Shown piece by piece: positions 13,504-26,836 of a stretch of 64,000 nucleotides of DNA. The notes below the pieces were generated by a model. The model was given only the letters and a program-made list of their open reading frames with translations, was not told the DNA's origin and searched no databases. The DNA lies in assembly GCA_951406725.2 (NCBI GenBank), contig OX597834.1, forward strand, positions 16,492,001-16,556,000, given 5' to 3'. Within the stretch, counting starts at the first letter, position 1, and each line of letters begins with the position of its first letter. A program made the position numbers and the translations under genes. This DNA is from Octopus vulgaris. Taxonomy: Eukaryota.

Positions 13504-14202
13504 GTCATTTTTTTCTAATGTTTCTATTGATATATTTAATTTTTTTTCTCCGCCAAAACATTTTCACATTTATCCTTTCTTCAAACAATCACACAAGATT
13601 TACACTAATGTAAAAATAAAATAAAATAAAATAAATTGCCGTTATTATTATTTCCACGTCAAGTGATGGCGTCGATTAAATCAATTGTACCCACTCCCCA
13701 GGGTGTGTGATATTCGTGTCTGTGTGAGAAATCATTAATTATTATAATAAATTAGGCAGCTTTAACTGTGTATTCATTATATTTATTGTCTGCTGATCTA
13801 GTTCATTAGTCAACCGAAAGAGATATATTTGTAACAATTATATTCATTTGTTCCGTCTGAACAACTACAAAGATGGGACAATCAAATGCCAGTCGCCATT
13901 TTATTTTTCGTTTTTCTAATTATCATTTGAATAAGTTTCTTGGTTACTACATGACAAATTGTCTATTTAATTCGTTCAATCTTCTAACATAAACTATATT
14001 TAACTCGTTCAGTCGTCTGATATAAATTCTTCTAAGCCAGAATAATTTCCGATGTGTTCATATATATATTTCGTAAGCGCTGTAGAAAGTAACTAACCTA
14101 CAAATAGAGTGAGTGGCAGTAGATGAATCAAAATGAGAGTCGATCACTCACCCTATCAGTAGCTAAAACGATTTTTGTATCAGTTGCAAAGATTAAACAC
14201 TG

Positions 14203-14252
<50 letters not shown>

Positions 14253-14857
14253 GTATCTATATCTCATTCATGCACACACACGCGCGCGCTCATTGTTGTG
14301 TGTCAGTATACACACACATAAAATACAAAATACACATTTATATCTTGAGATAACTAGTAATAACAATACTCAAAATAAAATACAGACTGGAGTTGTAGTA
14401 CTCCAAATGAGCCATATTCCACTTCTTAATTTGAGCGGAGGCAATGCGAGCAGGAACTAAAGGAACTCTACAAAGATCCACACACAAAGATCAAATACAT
14501 TCCTACACTGGGTCATAGTGCTAGTGCATGCATATACAGCTGCGTGCGTGCGCACATACATGCGAGTACTGTCCAAATCTCTGACCAATCACATACAGTT
14601 AGCTGGCATTCAATTGGCGTATCAAGTTTCGGGCATTTTGATTGGGTTTTGGATAGAAAATTCATAAAAAAGTCACTTCTTTTGATTTTTTAATGGCTTT
14701 GTGGGGTGACTGGGGAAATGTAAAGATGTGCACGACCACCCTTGGACGGTTTTGAATGACCATAGAAAGTGCAAGCCCTCTAACTGAAAAATTGTGGATT
14801 TGTATAAAGGACACACACACAGACAGACATTTTGCCGTTTATATATATAGTGATGTA

Positions 14858-15091
14858 CAGGGTTGACCAAAAGTTACCCTACAGTAAATCAAAATTCCAT
14901 AAATATTTAATATTCAACTTTATTCATTCCAATTATGAATGTTTAATAAATGAATGCTGTGAGTTAAAATCATTGGGGTTTTTTTTCAACATTTGTCTAT
15001 TTATTAGCGAAGTCTCGCATAAAATAATTTTTTGTTTTAATCTTGGAATTAAGTGGGGTTTGATTTACTGTCAGGTAACTTTTGGCCAACC

Positions 15092-15094
<3 letters not shown>
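14858..15094. mobile_element. Tc1/mariner-type MITE
   Basis: TA|cagggttgaccaaaagttacc ... ggtaacttttggccaaccctg|TA. Confidence 0.8.
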
Positions 15095-15129
<35 letters not shown>

Positions 15130-15786
15130 AAATCTGTTCTGTCTGTGTGTGTGTGTCTTCTAGGATCTCGGGCATCCTCCATCCAATTGCGCGCAAATTT
15201 GATATGTAGATACCGATGATATCTGGGTGTGTATAAGTTGATTCCAGGTGAGAAAGTGATCAAGAAAGCCATGGAAATGTGCATTTGTATGCGCAAGTAC
15301 ATCAGCTGTTGCAATCGATAGCTTTATTTCTTCTTTTGCTGGTGTCTCAAATTTAGGTTAAATCAGTGTTTCTCAAAGGGGAGGCCTATGGGACAAGTCG
15401 TTTTGAGAAAATTTGGTTTAAATGTTTGACAACTCAGCACCGTCCATTGGACGGGGGGGCGTTTTGCTCGTATATATATATATATATATATATATAAAAA
15501 CAGGCTTCCACAAAGTTTCATCTACTAAATTTACTCACAAGGTATTAATTGGCCTAGGGCTATAGGAGTATTCACTTGGCCAAGGTGCCATAGAGTGGGA
15601 CAGAACTTGAAACCACGTCATTGCAAAGTGAGCTTCTTGATTACGCAACCAAGAAAAAAGTACAGAATAATAATTTTTGATTAAAATGTCTTTGTGTGTT
15701 CAAGAGATTTTTTTAATTACATCTTTGAATCTATTTTAATTGTATTAAAGAACTTATAATTGATAAAACACCATTCTTATCCACAG

Positions 15787-15953
15787 ACAACAGAAAGTTC
15801 TCATTGTGACGCCACAGAAATTCCGATGCAACGAAAAAGAAACGGTCTTGGTCAACCCTTTCACTTTTCATACACGGACCGCTTTCCGGATTACTTTGGA
15901 ACATTCCACCCATGGAAATATCATTTATGATAATACAATTTATGCTTCAAAAA
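15787..15953 (+). CDS. C3: C3-like exon 2 (MG1): QQKVLIVTPQKFRCNEKETVLVNPF...YASK
   Basis: ccacag acceptor, gtaagt donor, MG1-type ..VTP..FR....ETV start. Confidence 0.85.
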
Positions 15954-17649
15954 GTAAGTTTTCTTTTACTCTTTCATTTGTTTCAGTCATTTGACTGCGG
16001 TCATGCTGGAGCACCACCTTTAGTCGAAGAAATTGACACCTGGATTTATTCTTTGTAAGCCTAATACTTATTCTGTCAGTTTCTTTTGCCAAACCGCTAA
16101 GTTACAGGGACATAAACGCACCAACATCGGTTCTCAAGCGATGATGAGGGACAAACACAGACACACAAACATATATATACATATATATATATACACGACA
16201 GGCTTCTTTCTGTTTCCGTCTACCAAATGCACTCATAAGGCTTTGGTCGGCCAAAGGCTATAGTAGAAGACACTTGCCCAAGGTGCCATGCAATGGGACT
16301 GAACCCAGAGCCATGTGTTTGGGAAGCAAGCTTCTTACCACACAGTCACTCCTGCTTCTATTACTATTGCCTTTTATTTCCTTGTCTTTGAACCGCTCGG
16401 TTCAAAGACTCTCTTGACCAGAAATGGCCTGAACTCTTTGCATGAACACCCTCCATGTACATAACTCCATGTCCTCCTACATGGCCTTGCTTTTGCTTTT
16501 GAGCCAAATAAATCAACTTAAATTAACTTAACTTGTCTTTCACTTGTTTCGGTAATTGGATTGTGGCCATGCTGGAGCACCACTTGGAGTTAATCAATCC
16601 CAGTTCTTGTTTCTCTTTTTTTTTTAATTCACATCTGGTGGCACATAAGAAGACCATCCGAATGTGGCCGTAGCCAGTACCGCATCGATTGGCCTCCATG
16701 CTGTGGGCACATAACAAACACCATCCGATCGTGGCCGTTCACCAGCCTTGTCTGGCACCTGTGTCGGCGGCACATAAAAAACACCATCCGAGCGTGGCCG
16801 TTCGCCAGCCTCGTCTGTCACCTGTGTCGGTGGCACATAAAATCACCCACTACACTCTCGGAGTGGTTGGCGTTAGGAAGGGCATCCAGCTGTAGAAACA
16901 CTGCCAGATCTGACTGGCCTGGTGCAGCCTTCGGGCTTCCCAGACCCCAGTTGAATCGTCCAACCCATGCTAGCATGGAAAGCGGACATTAAACGATGAT
17001 GATGATGATGACATCTATCATTTGGTTACTTGTCTAACCTTGTCTGTTTGTGGTGTGATCATGATTGCTTTAACGTCCACTCTTCCATGCATGCATGGGT
17101 CTGATGGAATTCATTGGCGCAGACTTTCTATGGCCAGATGCCCTTCCTATCGCAAACCCTCACTTGTGGCCAAGCAGAGTAAATATTTCCCCATGGTTGG
17201 ACATGTTTTGATAGAAGATTGAAAATGAATGACCCTCATTTATATGATGATGAGGACATGTTTGTTTTCAACTACCATATAGTGACAAGACAAGGAGGCA
17301 CAAATACATAAGTAGACATATATAGATATAATGAAGGCGCATGGCCTAGCGGTTAGAAAACTTGCCAAATCATATTGGAGCTTGGTGCAGCCTCCTGGCT
17401 TGCCAGTCCTCGGTCAAACTGTCCAACCTATGCCAGCATGGAAAGCGGATGTTAAACAATGATGATGATAATGATGACACACATACACATACACATACTG
17501 GATTCATTAGACTCTATGTATATAACATGTAGGATGCCAAGAATATGAACATGTAGTACGCCACTTGTTTTACCATGGTAGTTGGTGAACTGGTCATTTT
17601 CGGCTTCTACTTCATCTGTTTATGTGTTTAAAGTTTACCTGATGATGGC

Positions 17650-17920
17650 AGGCTTTTTGCTATGGCTTCCGTGCTGGTGGCACGTTAAAAGCACCAACCG
17701 ATCGTAGCCGATGCTAGACTCCCCTGGCGCCTGTGCAGGTGGCACGTAAAAAGCACCCACTACACTCACGGAGTGGTTGGCGTTAGGAAGGGCATCCAGC
17801 TGTAGAAACACTGCCAGATCAGACTGGAGCCTGGTGCAGCCCCTGGCTTCCCAGACCCCAGTCGAACCGTCCAACCCATGCTAGCACGGAAAACGGACGT
17901 TAAACGATGATGATGATGAT
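17650..17920 (+). mobile_element. Non-autonomous retroelement with RTE-type ends and internal ~50-bp subrepeats; copies at about 16630-17010, 47870-48240, 53120-53280(-), 56228-56550(-)
   Basis: ggcgttaggaagggcatccagctgta...aacccatgctagca.ggaaaacggacgttaaac(gat)n. Confidence 0.75.
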
Positions 17921-18068
17921 AATCTAAGAATGCATCAATAAAGTACTGCCAAGAGTTTTGAATCCCACTTGTATTCTTCTTATATATTTATATGTATGTG
18001 TGTGTACATGTGTGTGTTAGGAATTGATATATTAGTACAAGAAAATCCTGTCATTTTTCTATTTTCAG

Positions 18069-18278
18069 CTTCTCCAAGATATGTGCAAATAACGGTCAAG
18101 CATTCTGACCTCTTAAATCGTTTGGGATCATCCTCTGATACTGGCGAAGAAGAGCATTCTGTCGTGCTATCAGTCACTTCAAAGGGGTTTTCTGAGAAAA
18201 AAGAGATTCCGGTCTCAATGAAGAGTGGCCATATTTTCATCCAAACCTCAAAGCCAATTTATAACCCAGGGCAGACAG
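18069..18278 (+). CDS. C3: C3-like exon 3 (MG1/MG2): ...SGHIFIQTSKPIYNPGQT
   Basis: tttcag/gtgagc splice sites; TEP-family IFIQT.KPIY.PGQ motif. Confidence 0.93.
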
Positions 18279-18670
18279 GTGAGCAAATAATGTATATATT
18301 TATGGGTGAATGTATTTATGGCGTGAATGAATGAATGAAAATATAGAGCAGTTTATGGAGCACTCTGTCGGTTATGATGCCGAGGGTCCCAGCTGATATG
18401 ATCAATGGAACAGCTTGCTGAGTAATCTACAGATACGTGTACCCCTAACGTAGCTCTCAGGGAGATTCAGTGTGACATAGAATGTGATAAGGTCAACTTT
18501 GCCTTTCACCCATTCGGGGTCAATGAAATAAGTACCAGTTATGCACTGGGGTCAATGTAATTGACTAGCCCCCTTCCCCCAGAACGTTTCAATGCCTTGT
18601 ACCTAGAGTAGAAATAATTATTATTAGTAACTGTTAAAGTAGCAAGCTGGTAGAATTATGAGCATGTTCA

Positions 18671-19073
18671 GGCGCAGGAGTGGCTGTGTGGTAAGTAGCT
18701 TGCTGACCAACCACATGGTTCCGGGTTCAGTCCCACTGCATGGCATCTTGGGCAAGTGTCTTCTGCTATAGCCCCGGGCCAACCAATGCCTTGTGAGTGG
18801 ATTTGGTAGACGGAAACTGAAAGAAGCCTGTTGTATATATGTATATATATATATATATGTGTGTGTGTATGTCTGTGTTTGTACCCCTAGCATTGCTCGA
18901 CAACCGATGCTGGTGTGTTTACGTCCCCGTCACTTAGCGGTTCGGCAAAAGAGACCGATAGAATAAGTACTGGACTTACAAAAGAATAAGTCCCGGGGTC
19001 GATTTGCTTGACTAAAGGCGGTGCTCCAGCATGGCCGCAGTCAAATGACTGAAACAAGTAAAAGAATAAAAGA
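18671..19073 (+). mobile_element. Full-length tRNA-derived CORE-type SINE nested in an older SINE head; family copies at about 5534-5890, 9378-9790, 15960-16360(-), 20400-20760(-) and many others
   Basis: A/B-box head tggctgtgtggtaag...ggttcagtccca, CORE-like cttgggcaagt, internal (TG)n, A-rich tail. Confidence 0.85.
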
Positions 19074-19379
19074 ATGTTAGACAAATGCTTAACCATATTT
19101 CTTCAGACTCTTTACATTGTTGACTCAAATTCTGCCAAAGGTCAACTTTGTCTTTTCACCATTCCAGGGTTGATAAAATAAAGTAGCAGTGAAGTACAGG
19201 AGTTGGTGTAATCAACAAATCCCCTCTCCCTAATATAAAAGTGATGGCCTTCTGCCAAAATTCTAAACCGTTTTTAATAGCTGTTATATATATCAAGGGG
19301 TGATGTTATTATATTGTTGAACATTACATTCACATCTTGAGATTTTAAAGAATTCAAAGTAGTTTCTCTTTTCCAACAG

Positions 19380-19450
19380 TCAGAATTCGGATTGTTACTC
19401 TCAATGAAGATATGTTACCAACAAAATTTCCAGTATCATTTAGTATCCAA
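19380..19450 (+). CDS. C3: C3-like exon 4 (MG2): VRIRIVTLNEDMLPTKFPVSFSIQ
   Basis: caacag/gtaagt; in phase; continues PGQTVRIR. Confidence 0.9.
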
Positions 19451-19719
19451 GTAAGTTCTGCTTAGTTTCTTTACTCTCAAATATCTATACTCAGACACAT
19501 ACACACATGCACTTGTGCATATAAATCTGAGTGTGTGTGGTGGTATATACATATATATTTGTGTATTAAGGCTACCTTTGGTTTCATGTTAAGAAAAATA
19601 TTTTAATATCTAAACAGTTTTTCAAGTCGATCACAAAGAGGAATGGTGTTTGCTTCCATTTTGGATCAGCTTGAAAAATTTTTTAAATGTTAACATAAAA
19701 TAATAATAATAATAATAAT

Positions 19720-20030
19720 AAACATTGTGTACAGTGCTCAGGTGCACTACAACTCATCTAAAGTGCATATATAATCAGGTGTAGTTTCGACGGATTTCGG
19801 AAAGCATGAGGGCCTTAAAGGATGCAGTGTCATGGCAGTCAACAACTGACGCAGGCAGTTTATTCCATGCTTCAGCAACTCTGAGCATGAAGAAATGTTT
19901 CCGAAAGTCATGGGAGCTGTGTTGTTTTCTGACTTTGTAGGCATGTCCACGTGTGTTAGACACATGGAGATCAAAAAGGTGTGCAGTGTTGTTATTGGTG
20001 AGGTGGTTGACAACTTTGTGGGCGTTTATT
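19720..20030 (-). mobile_element. Shorter CR1 3' fragment of the same family
   Basis: TRGHAYKVRKQHSSHDFRKHFFMLRVAEAWNKLP, near-identical to the 59.6 kb copy. Confidence 0.85.
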
Positions 20031-20213
20031 TTTCTTCACATGAAACCAAACCAATGGTAGCCTTAACACACAAATAAAGAAATTATATCTACCAATGCAG
20101 TGCTGACCATAATTTCCATTCTCTCTTCTTTCCCTCTATGACACACATATTCCTCTCAAACCTTTCAGAAAGTTTCATGTTTTCCTATTTTACTTTTATT
20201 TATATATCTGCAG

Positions 20214-20342
20214 AATCCAAGCAAGTTGATTCTATATTCGTGCAAATTCCCAGGTGACAGTCCATTCATTAATGCATCATATGAACTCACAAGTCAGCCC
20301 CCTATTGGGAACTGGACGGTTTTGGCAGAATATTCAAACGGG
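20214..20342 (+). CDS. C3: C3-like exon 5 (MG2): NPSKLILYS...QPPIGNWTVLAEYSNG
   Basis: ctgcag/gtaaga; NP...G.W.V.A.Y pattern of MG2. Confidence 0.9.
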
Positions 20343-21140
20343 GTAAGATTATTTGAGGCTTTTGTTTTCTTTTGCTGCAGTGAGGTGGATTTTGTGTTCT
20401 TTTATTTACCTCAGTCATTTGACTGCGGCCATGCTGGAGCACTGCCTTAAATGGGGTTTAATTGAAATTAACCCCAGGGTTTATTCTTTGTAAGGCCAGT
20501 ATTTATTCTATCGGTTTCTTTTTGCTGAACCACTAAATTATGGGGACATAAACACACAAACATTGGTTTTCAAGCGATGTAGACACATACACATAAATAT
20601 ATGCACACACACACATAACAGGCTTCTTTCAGTTTCTGTCTACCAAATCCACTTTGGTCGGCCTGAGACTATAGTAGAAGACACTTGACCAAGGTGCCAT
20701 GCAGTGGGACTGAACCCAGAACCATGTGGTTGGGAATTCAACTTCTTACCACACAACCATGCCATGCATTTTTCCTTTCTTTTTTTGCATGCATACATAC
20801 ATACATACATACATACATTACATACAATGGGCGTCTTTCAGTTTCCGTCAACCAAATCCATTCACAAGGCTTTGGTTGGCCTCAGGCTACAGTAGAAGAC
20901 ATTTTCCTGAGGTACCATGCAGTGGGACTGAACCCTGAACCATATGGTTATGAAGCAAACATCTTACCGCACAGCCATGCCTGTGCCTATACAATAAATA
21001 CAAAGATTTAAAAAAAAATTTTCTTTTCTCAATCTGTTAAGAAAAAGATAGCATTTTGAATCATTTATTAATGAATGTCTGATGAAATACAATCACTTGT
21101 ACAGTTAAAGTTTAGTGCAGTGTTATTTCTAAAATTTCAG

Positions 21141-21183
21141 CTGAAGACCCGAGCAGAAGTAAAGTTTGCTGTGCAGAAATACG
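21141..21183 (+). CDS. C3: C3-like exon 6: LKTRAEVKFAVQKY
   Basis: tttcag/gtaaga; forms F.V.KYVLP with exon 7. Confidence 0.9.
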
Positions 21184-21809
21184 GTAAGAATCCCAACAAT
21201 TTCAGTTCCAGCATTTGATGTTTTTGATTAAAAAATACTTGTTCTTATTTTATTGACATCGACACTGGTGTGTGGATGTGTGTGTGCTCAAGTATTTTAG
21301 TATGTGTATCTATGTGTAAGTTGTGTGTGTGTATGCAAGCGTTTGATAGCAGACACTCGTGTTCTATGCATTATACGTATTGCTTATGAAACTGAAGTAA
21401 CACACACACATACACACACCATTGGCATCATCATCATCATCATTTAATGTCCATTTTCCATGCTGTCATGGGTTGAGCAGTTTAACAGGAACTGGCAACC
21501 CAGAGAACTGCACCAAGGTCCACTGTCTGTTTTGACTTGGTTTTTATTGCTAGATGCCCTTCCTAATGCTAACCACTTTACACAGTAGACTGGGTGCTTT
21601 TTATGCGACACTAGCACTGGCGAGGTCTGTTGTGGCACAATTTTTACAGCTGCATGCCCTTACTAGCACTAATCACTTTGCAGAGTGGACTGAGTGCATT
21701 TTATGTGGAACCAACACTGGTAAGGTCTGAATTGGCATGGTTTTCACAGCTGGATGTCCTTCCTAAGACCAACCAGAGTGTGGCCTGGTGAGCCTGTAAT
21801 GACATGCAT

Positions 21810-22280
21810 AAGATCTGGTCATCAAATCTAAGTAGAGACTTCAAACTTGAAATCTTCAAAGCCACAGTCGAACGAATTCTACAATATGGCTCAGAAACCT
21901 GGACGTTATCAAAGAAGCTTGAGAGGCAGTAGGATGGAACCTACACTTGCCTCCTTATGAGAGCTCAAAATCTCTTGTGGAAGCATCATCCAACCAAAGT
22001 ACAAATATATGGGAAACTACCACCTGTGTCATCTCTTGTGAAAGGTAGGAGAGTCCAGTTTGCTGGACATTGTTGTAGAGCTGAAAACGAGGCAATTTCT
22101 ACTCTTCTCTTCTGGAAGCCATCTACTCGTGATACCAGAGGGCGCACACTCTCCTACCCTGATGTAATCTCCAGCAACAGGAGAAACAGGACCTCCATAA
22201 TGCTATGATGGACCGTGAAGTCTGGCGCAGCATGGTAAATTCCATTGTCTCAACCACGGTCGAACAATGATGATGATGAC
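21810..22280 (+). mobile_element. RTE-clade LINE 3' fragment (second copy at 36581-36810)
   Basis: ILQYGSETWTLS...RRVQFAGHC...WKP with (GAT)n tail; in-frame stop. Confidence 0.8.
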
Positions 22281-23089
22281 TCTACAGAACAGACTGGTTG
22301 CTTTTCACATGGCACCAGCACTGGTGAGACGCAAATCCCCTTTTCCTAAGAATGCAGTAAACTTTTTGTACATACACTTGTCTAAGACTGAGTGAGGTCA
22401 ATGCCTTGCTAATGAAACCAAATTGAGGTTGAAACACATGTCCATAGCTTTCCTTCATCTCCAAAACACAGATCAGGTTTTCTGTCTTCTCCTAAGAATG
22501 TTAGTTTAACTGAGAATCTAGATTCAAATATCTTGAAGCTATCTTCTTTTGCATTTAAAAGTAGCTAACAATTCCCACTAGGCATTTGTTTTCCTTCTCT
22601 GTTATTAAAGGAAATCTTAAACTTTGCTTTTAGCAGAGTTGGGTACCAGAAATGTTTGATGATGTCCTTCTTGTTTGTGTCCTTCCTCAGCAGTGCTACC
22701 ATTTCCTTGCTAACATAGCTAGCTAGGAATGTTCCCAGCCAACTGCCAATTATATATAAGACATCTGCCAAGGGAAGGCAAACAAATTTACCATGTCTCC
22801 ATAAAGCAGGTGATTTACCTTTCTCACAAATATTCACCACCAACTGTATCTCAGCTGCTGTTATAGTTTTTGCCACATTACAATTTTTCTGTTAAGAGCA
22901 ATGCAGGCCATCGAGGAAGATACTAAATACAAAATGTGGCTGTGATTGTAGTGTAGGCAGCAGAGTGAGTCCAGATTGTCTTGGTTTCTGTTGTGAGTAA
23001 ACAGACCCCATGATAGTTGGTGCCACCACATGTGTAGCACCAGGGTCTTTTACTTTTCGTCATAACATTCAGTTGGGTACTATATGGAA

Positions 23090-23510
23090 ATTATATATGG
23101 CTGGAAATGTTGGAGATCTTGTCCAAGTTTTCTCATCAAACCAGTATGAGGACTTTCATGCTAGTTTTAGACCAGTTTTTCTGGCAATACTTCTATCATT
23201 CTTCATCACAATTTTTGGTTTATTTATGTTCATACCATTTTTCTGCCATTCTGAATCCACAAATTTGGTTAACATCCAAATGCACTCTTTTACTGCACAA
23301 TCACGTCTGTGCTTATACTCTTTTTGTGCTAGCTTACTGCTTTCAGTTAAGAGACAGTTAATACTTTCATCTTCTTTTCCACATATTCTGTGTTTGTTCT
23401 CCGAGTCAGTTTTATCATTGTTTGTTTTCATCAAGTTCATTCTAATAACTTGTTCTTGAGTGGCTATAATTACTGATTCAGCTTCTTGCTTCACTCTAAT
23501 TAGTAATTCA
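23090..23510 (-). mobile_element. Decayed RLE-type (R4/Dong-like) non-LTR fragment; related C-terminal piece at about 27230-27450
   Basis: IIATQEQVI..N..K...DK....K.RICG...ESI..L......LAQKEYK.R; second piece KDLLIEIEKMWHLK...IPVIVGSLG. Confidence 0.7.
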
Positions 23511-23612
23511 GTTTTTTCAATTCATTTTAATCATCGTGTAATTTTTGCCTGAGATGATGTGATCAGGATTTGATCTCTTCACTTAAATCTATTGTTTGCT
23601 TTATTTACTCAG

Positions 23613-23700
23613 TGTTACCAGTGTTTGAAGTCACTATCACTGTACGTCCTCAATTTATTCTGAAGAGTACAAGGAAGGTTGTCATCGTAACAAACGCAAG
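23613..23700 (+). CDS. C3: C3-like exon 7 (MG3): VLPVFEVTITVRPQFILKSTRKVVIVTNAR
   Basis: actcag/gtaaat; YVLP.FEV motif. Confidence 0.93.
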
Positions 23701-24057
23701 GTAAATTAACTTCAAACATTTCCTATCGAACAAGATCTCTTCACCTTTCACCAATTCAAGCAAGCAGTGGAAGGTGAAGAGACCAGTGCACAAAGACTGA
23801 AACTGTAAAAAAGAACCTCATGCCCTGTGACAGAAATTTATTTTTTTAATTCTTTCTTTCTTCTTTTTTTTCCCATTTGCAAGTAACTGAAAAAGTGCCT
23901 CTTTTTTAAGACAGTAGGAAGTTGATCAGAGAGACATTTACCTGCTATTTCTAGCATGTTGAGTGACCACATAGAGGTAATTCACATCTGTGTGCATGCA
24001 TAATAGCAGTAGCAGTGTGTGTACGTGTGTGTACATGCATGTGTTATTAAAATTAGC

Positions 24058-24058
24058 T

Positions 24059-24116
<58 letters not shown>

Positions 24117-24145
24117 TATTATCATTATTATTATTATTATTAATT

Positions 24146-24189
<44 letters not shown>

Positions 24190-24190
24190 T

Positions 24191-24228
<38 letters not shown>

Positions 24229-24229
24229 T

Positions 24230-24282
<53 letters not shown>

Positions 24283-24331
24283 TTCATTATTATTATTATT
24301 ATTATTATCATTATTATTATTATTATTAATT

Positions 24332-24369
<38 letters not shown>

Positions 24370-24372
24370 ATT

Positions 24373-24410
<38 letters not shown>

Positions 24411-24501
24411 TTCATTATTATTATTATTATTATTAATTTCATTATTATTATTATTATTATTATTATTAATTTCATTATTATTATTATTATTATTATTAAT
24501 T

Positions 24502-24548
<47 letters not shown>

Positions 24549-24549
24549 T

Positions 24550-24590
<41 letters not shown>

Positions 24591-24591
24591 T

Positions 24592-24644
<53 letters not shown>

Positions 24645-24804
24645 TTCATTATTATTATTATTATTATTATTAATATAATTATTATTAATTTCATTATTAT
24701 TATTATTATTATTAATTTCATTATTATTATTATTATTATTAATTTCATTATTATTATTATTATTATTATTATTAATTTCATTATTATTATTATTATTATT
24801 AATT

Positions 24805-24848
<44 letters not shown>

Positions 24849-24849
24849 T

Positions 24850-24884
<35 letters not shown>

Positions 24885-24966
24885 ATTATTATTAATTTCA
24901 TTATTATTATTATTATTATTATTATAATTATTATTAATTTCATTATTATTATTATTATTATTAATT

Positions 24967-25001
<35 letters not shown>

Positions 25002-25014
25002 ATTATTATTAATT

Positions 25015-25049
<35 letters not shown>

Positions 25050-25062
25050 ATTATTATTAATT

Positions 25063-25097
<35 letters not shown>

Positions 25098-25182
25098 ATT
25101 ATTATTAATTTCATTATTATTAATTTCATTATTATTATTATTATTATTATTAATTTCATTATTATTATTATTATTATTATTA
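24058..25182. repeat. About 1.1-kb compound (TTA)n microsatellite punctuated by ATTTCA
   Basis: Direct reading of the sequence. Confidence 0.97.
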
Positions 25183-25370
25183 GTGGCATCTTTCCATTCT
25201 GAGTTCAAATTTGGCTGAGGTTGACTTTACCTTTCATCCTCTAGGGGGTGGGGTCGATAAAATAAGTACCACTTGATCACTTACTCCCTCCCCCGAAGTT
25301 GCTAGCCTTGTGCCAAAACTTGAAATCATCATCATCATCATCATCATTATCATGTGTATTTTCTTCACAG

Positions 25371-25461
25371 GTACCTCTATGGAAAATATGTCCATGGTGA
25401 AGTGACACTGAAGTGTACGTATGGATCGAATATCACAGAAGGATGTGAACTTAAACGACAG
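25371..25461 (+). CDS. C3: C3-like exon 8 (MG3): YLYGKYVHGEVTLKC...KRQ
   Basis: tcacag/gtaatg; ARYLYGK.V.G motif. Confidence 0.92.
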
Positions 25462-25873
25462 GTAATGCATCGTTTATTTCTGTTATGTGCACACATAATG
25501 TTAAGAAATAGTCCACATACTAATTCTTTGTAAGCCTAGTATTTATAAATAAATATTGCCCTCGTTTGCTGAACCGCTAAATTACGGGGATGTAAACACA
25601 CCAGTATCAGTTGTCAAGCATTGGTGGGAGGACAGACGCACAAACACACACACACACATATATACTTTTTCCTTGGGGCTGGTCAGATTGGAGCAATCTC
25701 AAGTATAATCAGCCGAAATTGCGAAGATAATCTGATACTTGACTGAGGAAAGAAAGCTTCGAATGACCTGTCTTTATTTTCTTTGTATCATCTATCTGGA
25801 TGTTTTGTTGCCTCATTTTTGTATCACCTAACTGTCCGGTTGTTTTGTGTTCTTGTCCCATTTTGTATTTTTG

Positions 25874-25914
<41 letters not shown>

Positions 25915-26404
25915 TATATCAACGTGAGCGATCAGGCTATCAGATGTTGCTACACATCGCTGGTCACAATGCGCTTCACATTGTTTTAGCCTTCAAATGA
26001 CGCCACCCCGCTGGCTAAGCGGGCAGGCCAACAGAAGAAAGAGTGAGAGAAAGTTGTGGCGAAAGAGTACAGCAGGGATCACCACCACCCCCTGCCGGAG
26101 CCTCGTGGAGCTTTAGGCGCTTTCGCTCAATAAGCACCCACAATGCCCGGTCTGTGAATCAAAACTGCGATCCTACGACCACGAGTCCGCTGCCCTAGCC
26201 ACTGGGCCATTGCGCCTCCACATATATATATATATATGATGGTCTTTTTTCAGTTTTTGTCTGCCATATCCACTCACAAAGCTTTGGTTGGCCTGAGACT
26301 ATAGTAGAAAACATTTGCCCAAGATGTCATGTGGCAGGACTGAACCCAGAACCATGTTGTTCGGAAGCAACTTTCTTACCACACAACCGCATCTGCCCCT
26401 AAAT

Positions 26405-26507
26405 AAATATAGAAAGAACGCTTCAGGAATTCGCATGCCATCTTTGTGCAGGGGCCATGCTAATCTTCTGTGTGCCATTTCAATTCTAGAATATGTACTG
26501 CTGGAGC
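26405..26507 (-). pseudogene. U6: U6 snRNA pseudogene, antisense in intron 8
   Basis: Reverse complement GCTCCAGCAGTACATATTCTAGAATTG...CAGAAGATTAGCATGGCCCCTGCACAAAGATGGCATGCGAATTCCTGAAGCGTTC..TATATTT is colinear with U6; ACAGAGA box mutated to ACACAGA. Confidence 0.9.
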
Positions 26508-26620
26508 TATTTCTTTTTTTCTTTTCTACTGGCTTCAGCCAGAGGTTTCAGCCATGCTGGAGCACCATCTATTGTGTATGATTTCAAATTAAACCTTAAC
26601 CTCATTAATTTTCATTGTAG

Positions 26621-26836
26621 CTGTTGCATGGGAGAACAACCACCACCATTACCTTACCAAAGGAACCAGTGCCCCTGGGGACAGTTTTCAAGGTCGTTGC
26701 TAATGTTATAGAGAAAGATTCGGCAATCACTGAAACTAAAACGGACGAGTCAGCAAAATTTGTTTCATCCCCATACAAATTCGATTTGACCGATTCTCAG
26801 ACTTTCTTCAAGCCGGGACTCCCGTACACAATCCAA
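26621..26836 (+). CDS. C3: C3-like exon 9 (MG3/MG4): ...FVSSPYKFDLTDSQTFFKPGLPYTIQ
   Basis: ttgtag/gtaagc; SPY...FKPGLPY motif. Confidence 0.94.

Noticed and set aside
16630-16860. Regularly spaced ggcacataa...accatccga repeats resembling a CRISPR array
   Set aside because: Spacers are homologous to one another, the motif is an internal subrepeat of a dispersed retroelement, the context is eukaryotic and there are no cas genes.
23982-25208. 408-aa poly-Asn ORF and overlapping poly-Ile/Leu ORFs
   Set aside because: Artefact of the (TTA)n array inside C3 intron 7.
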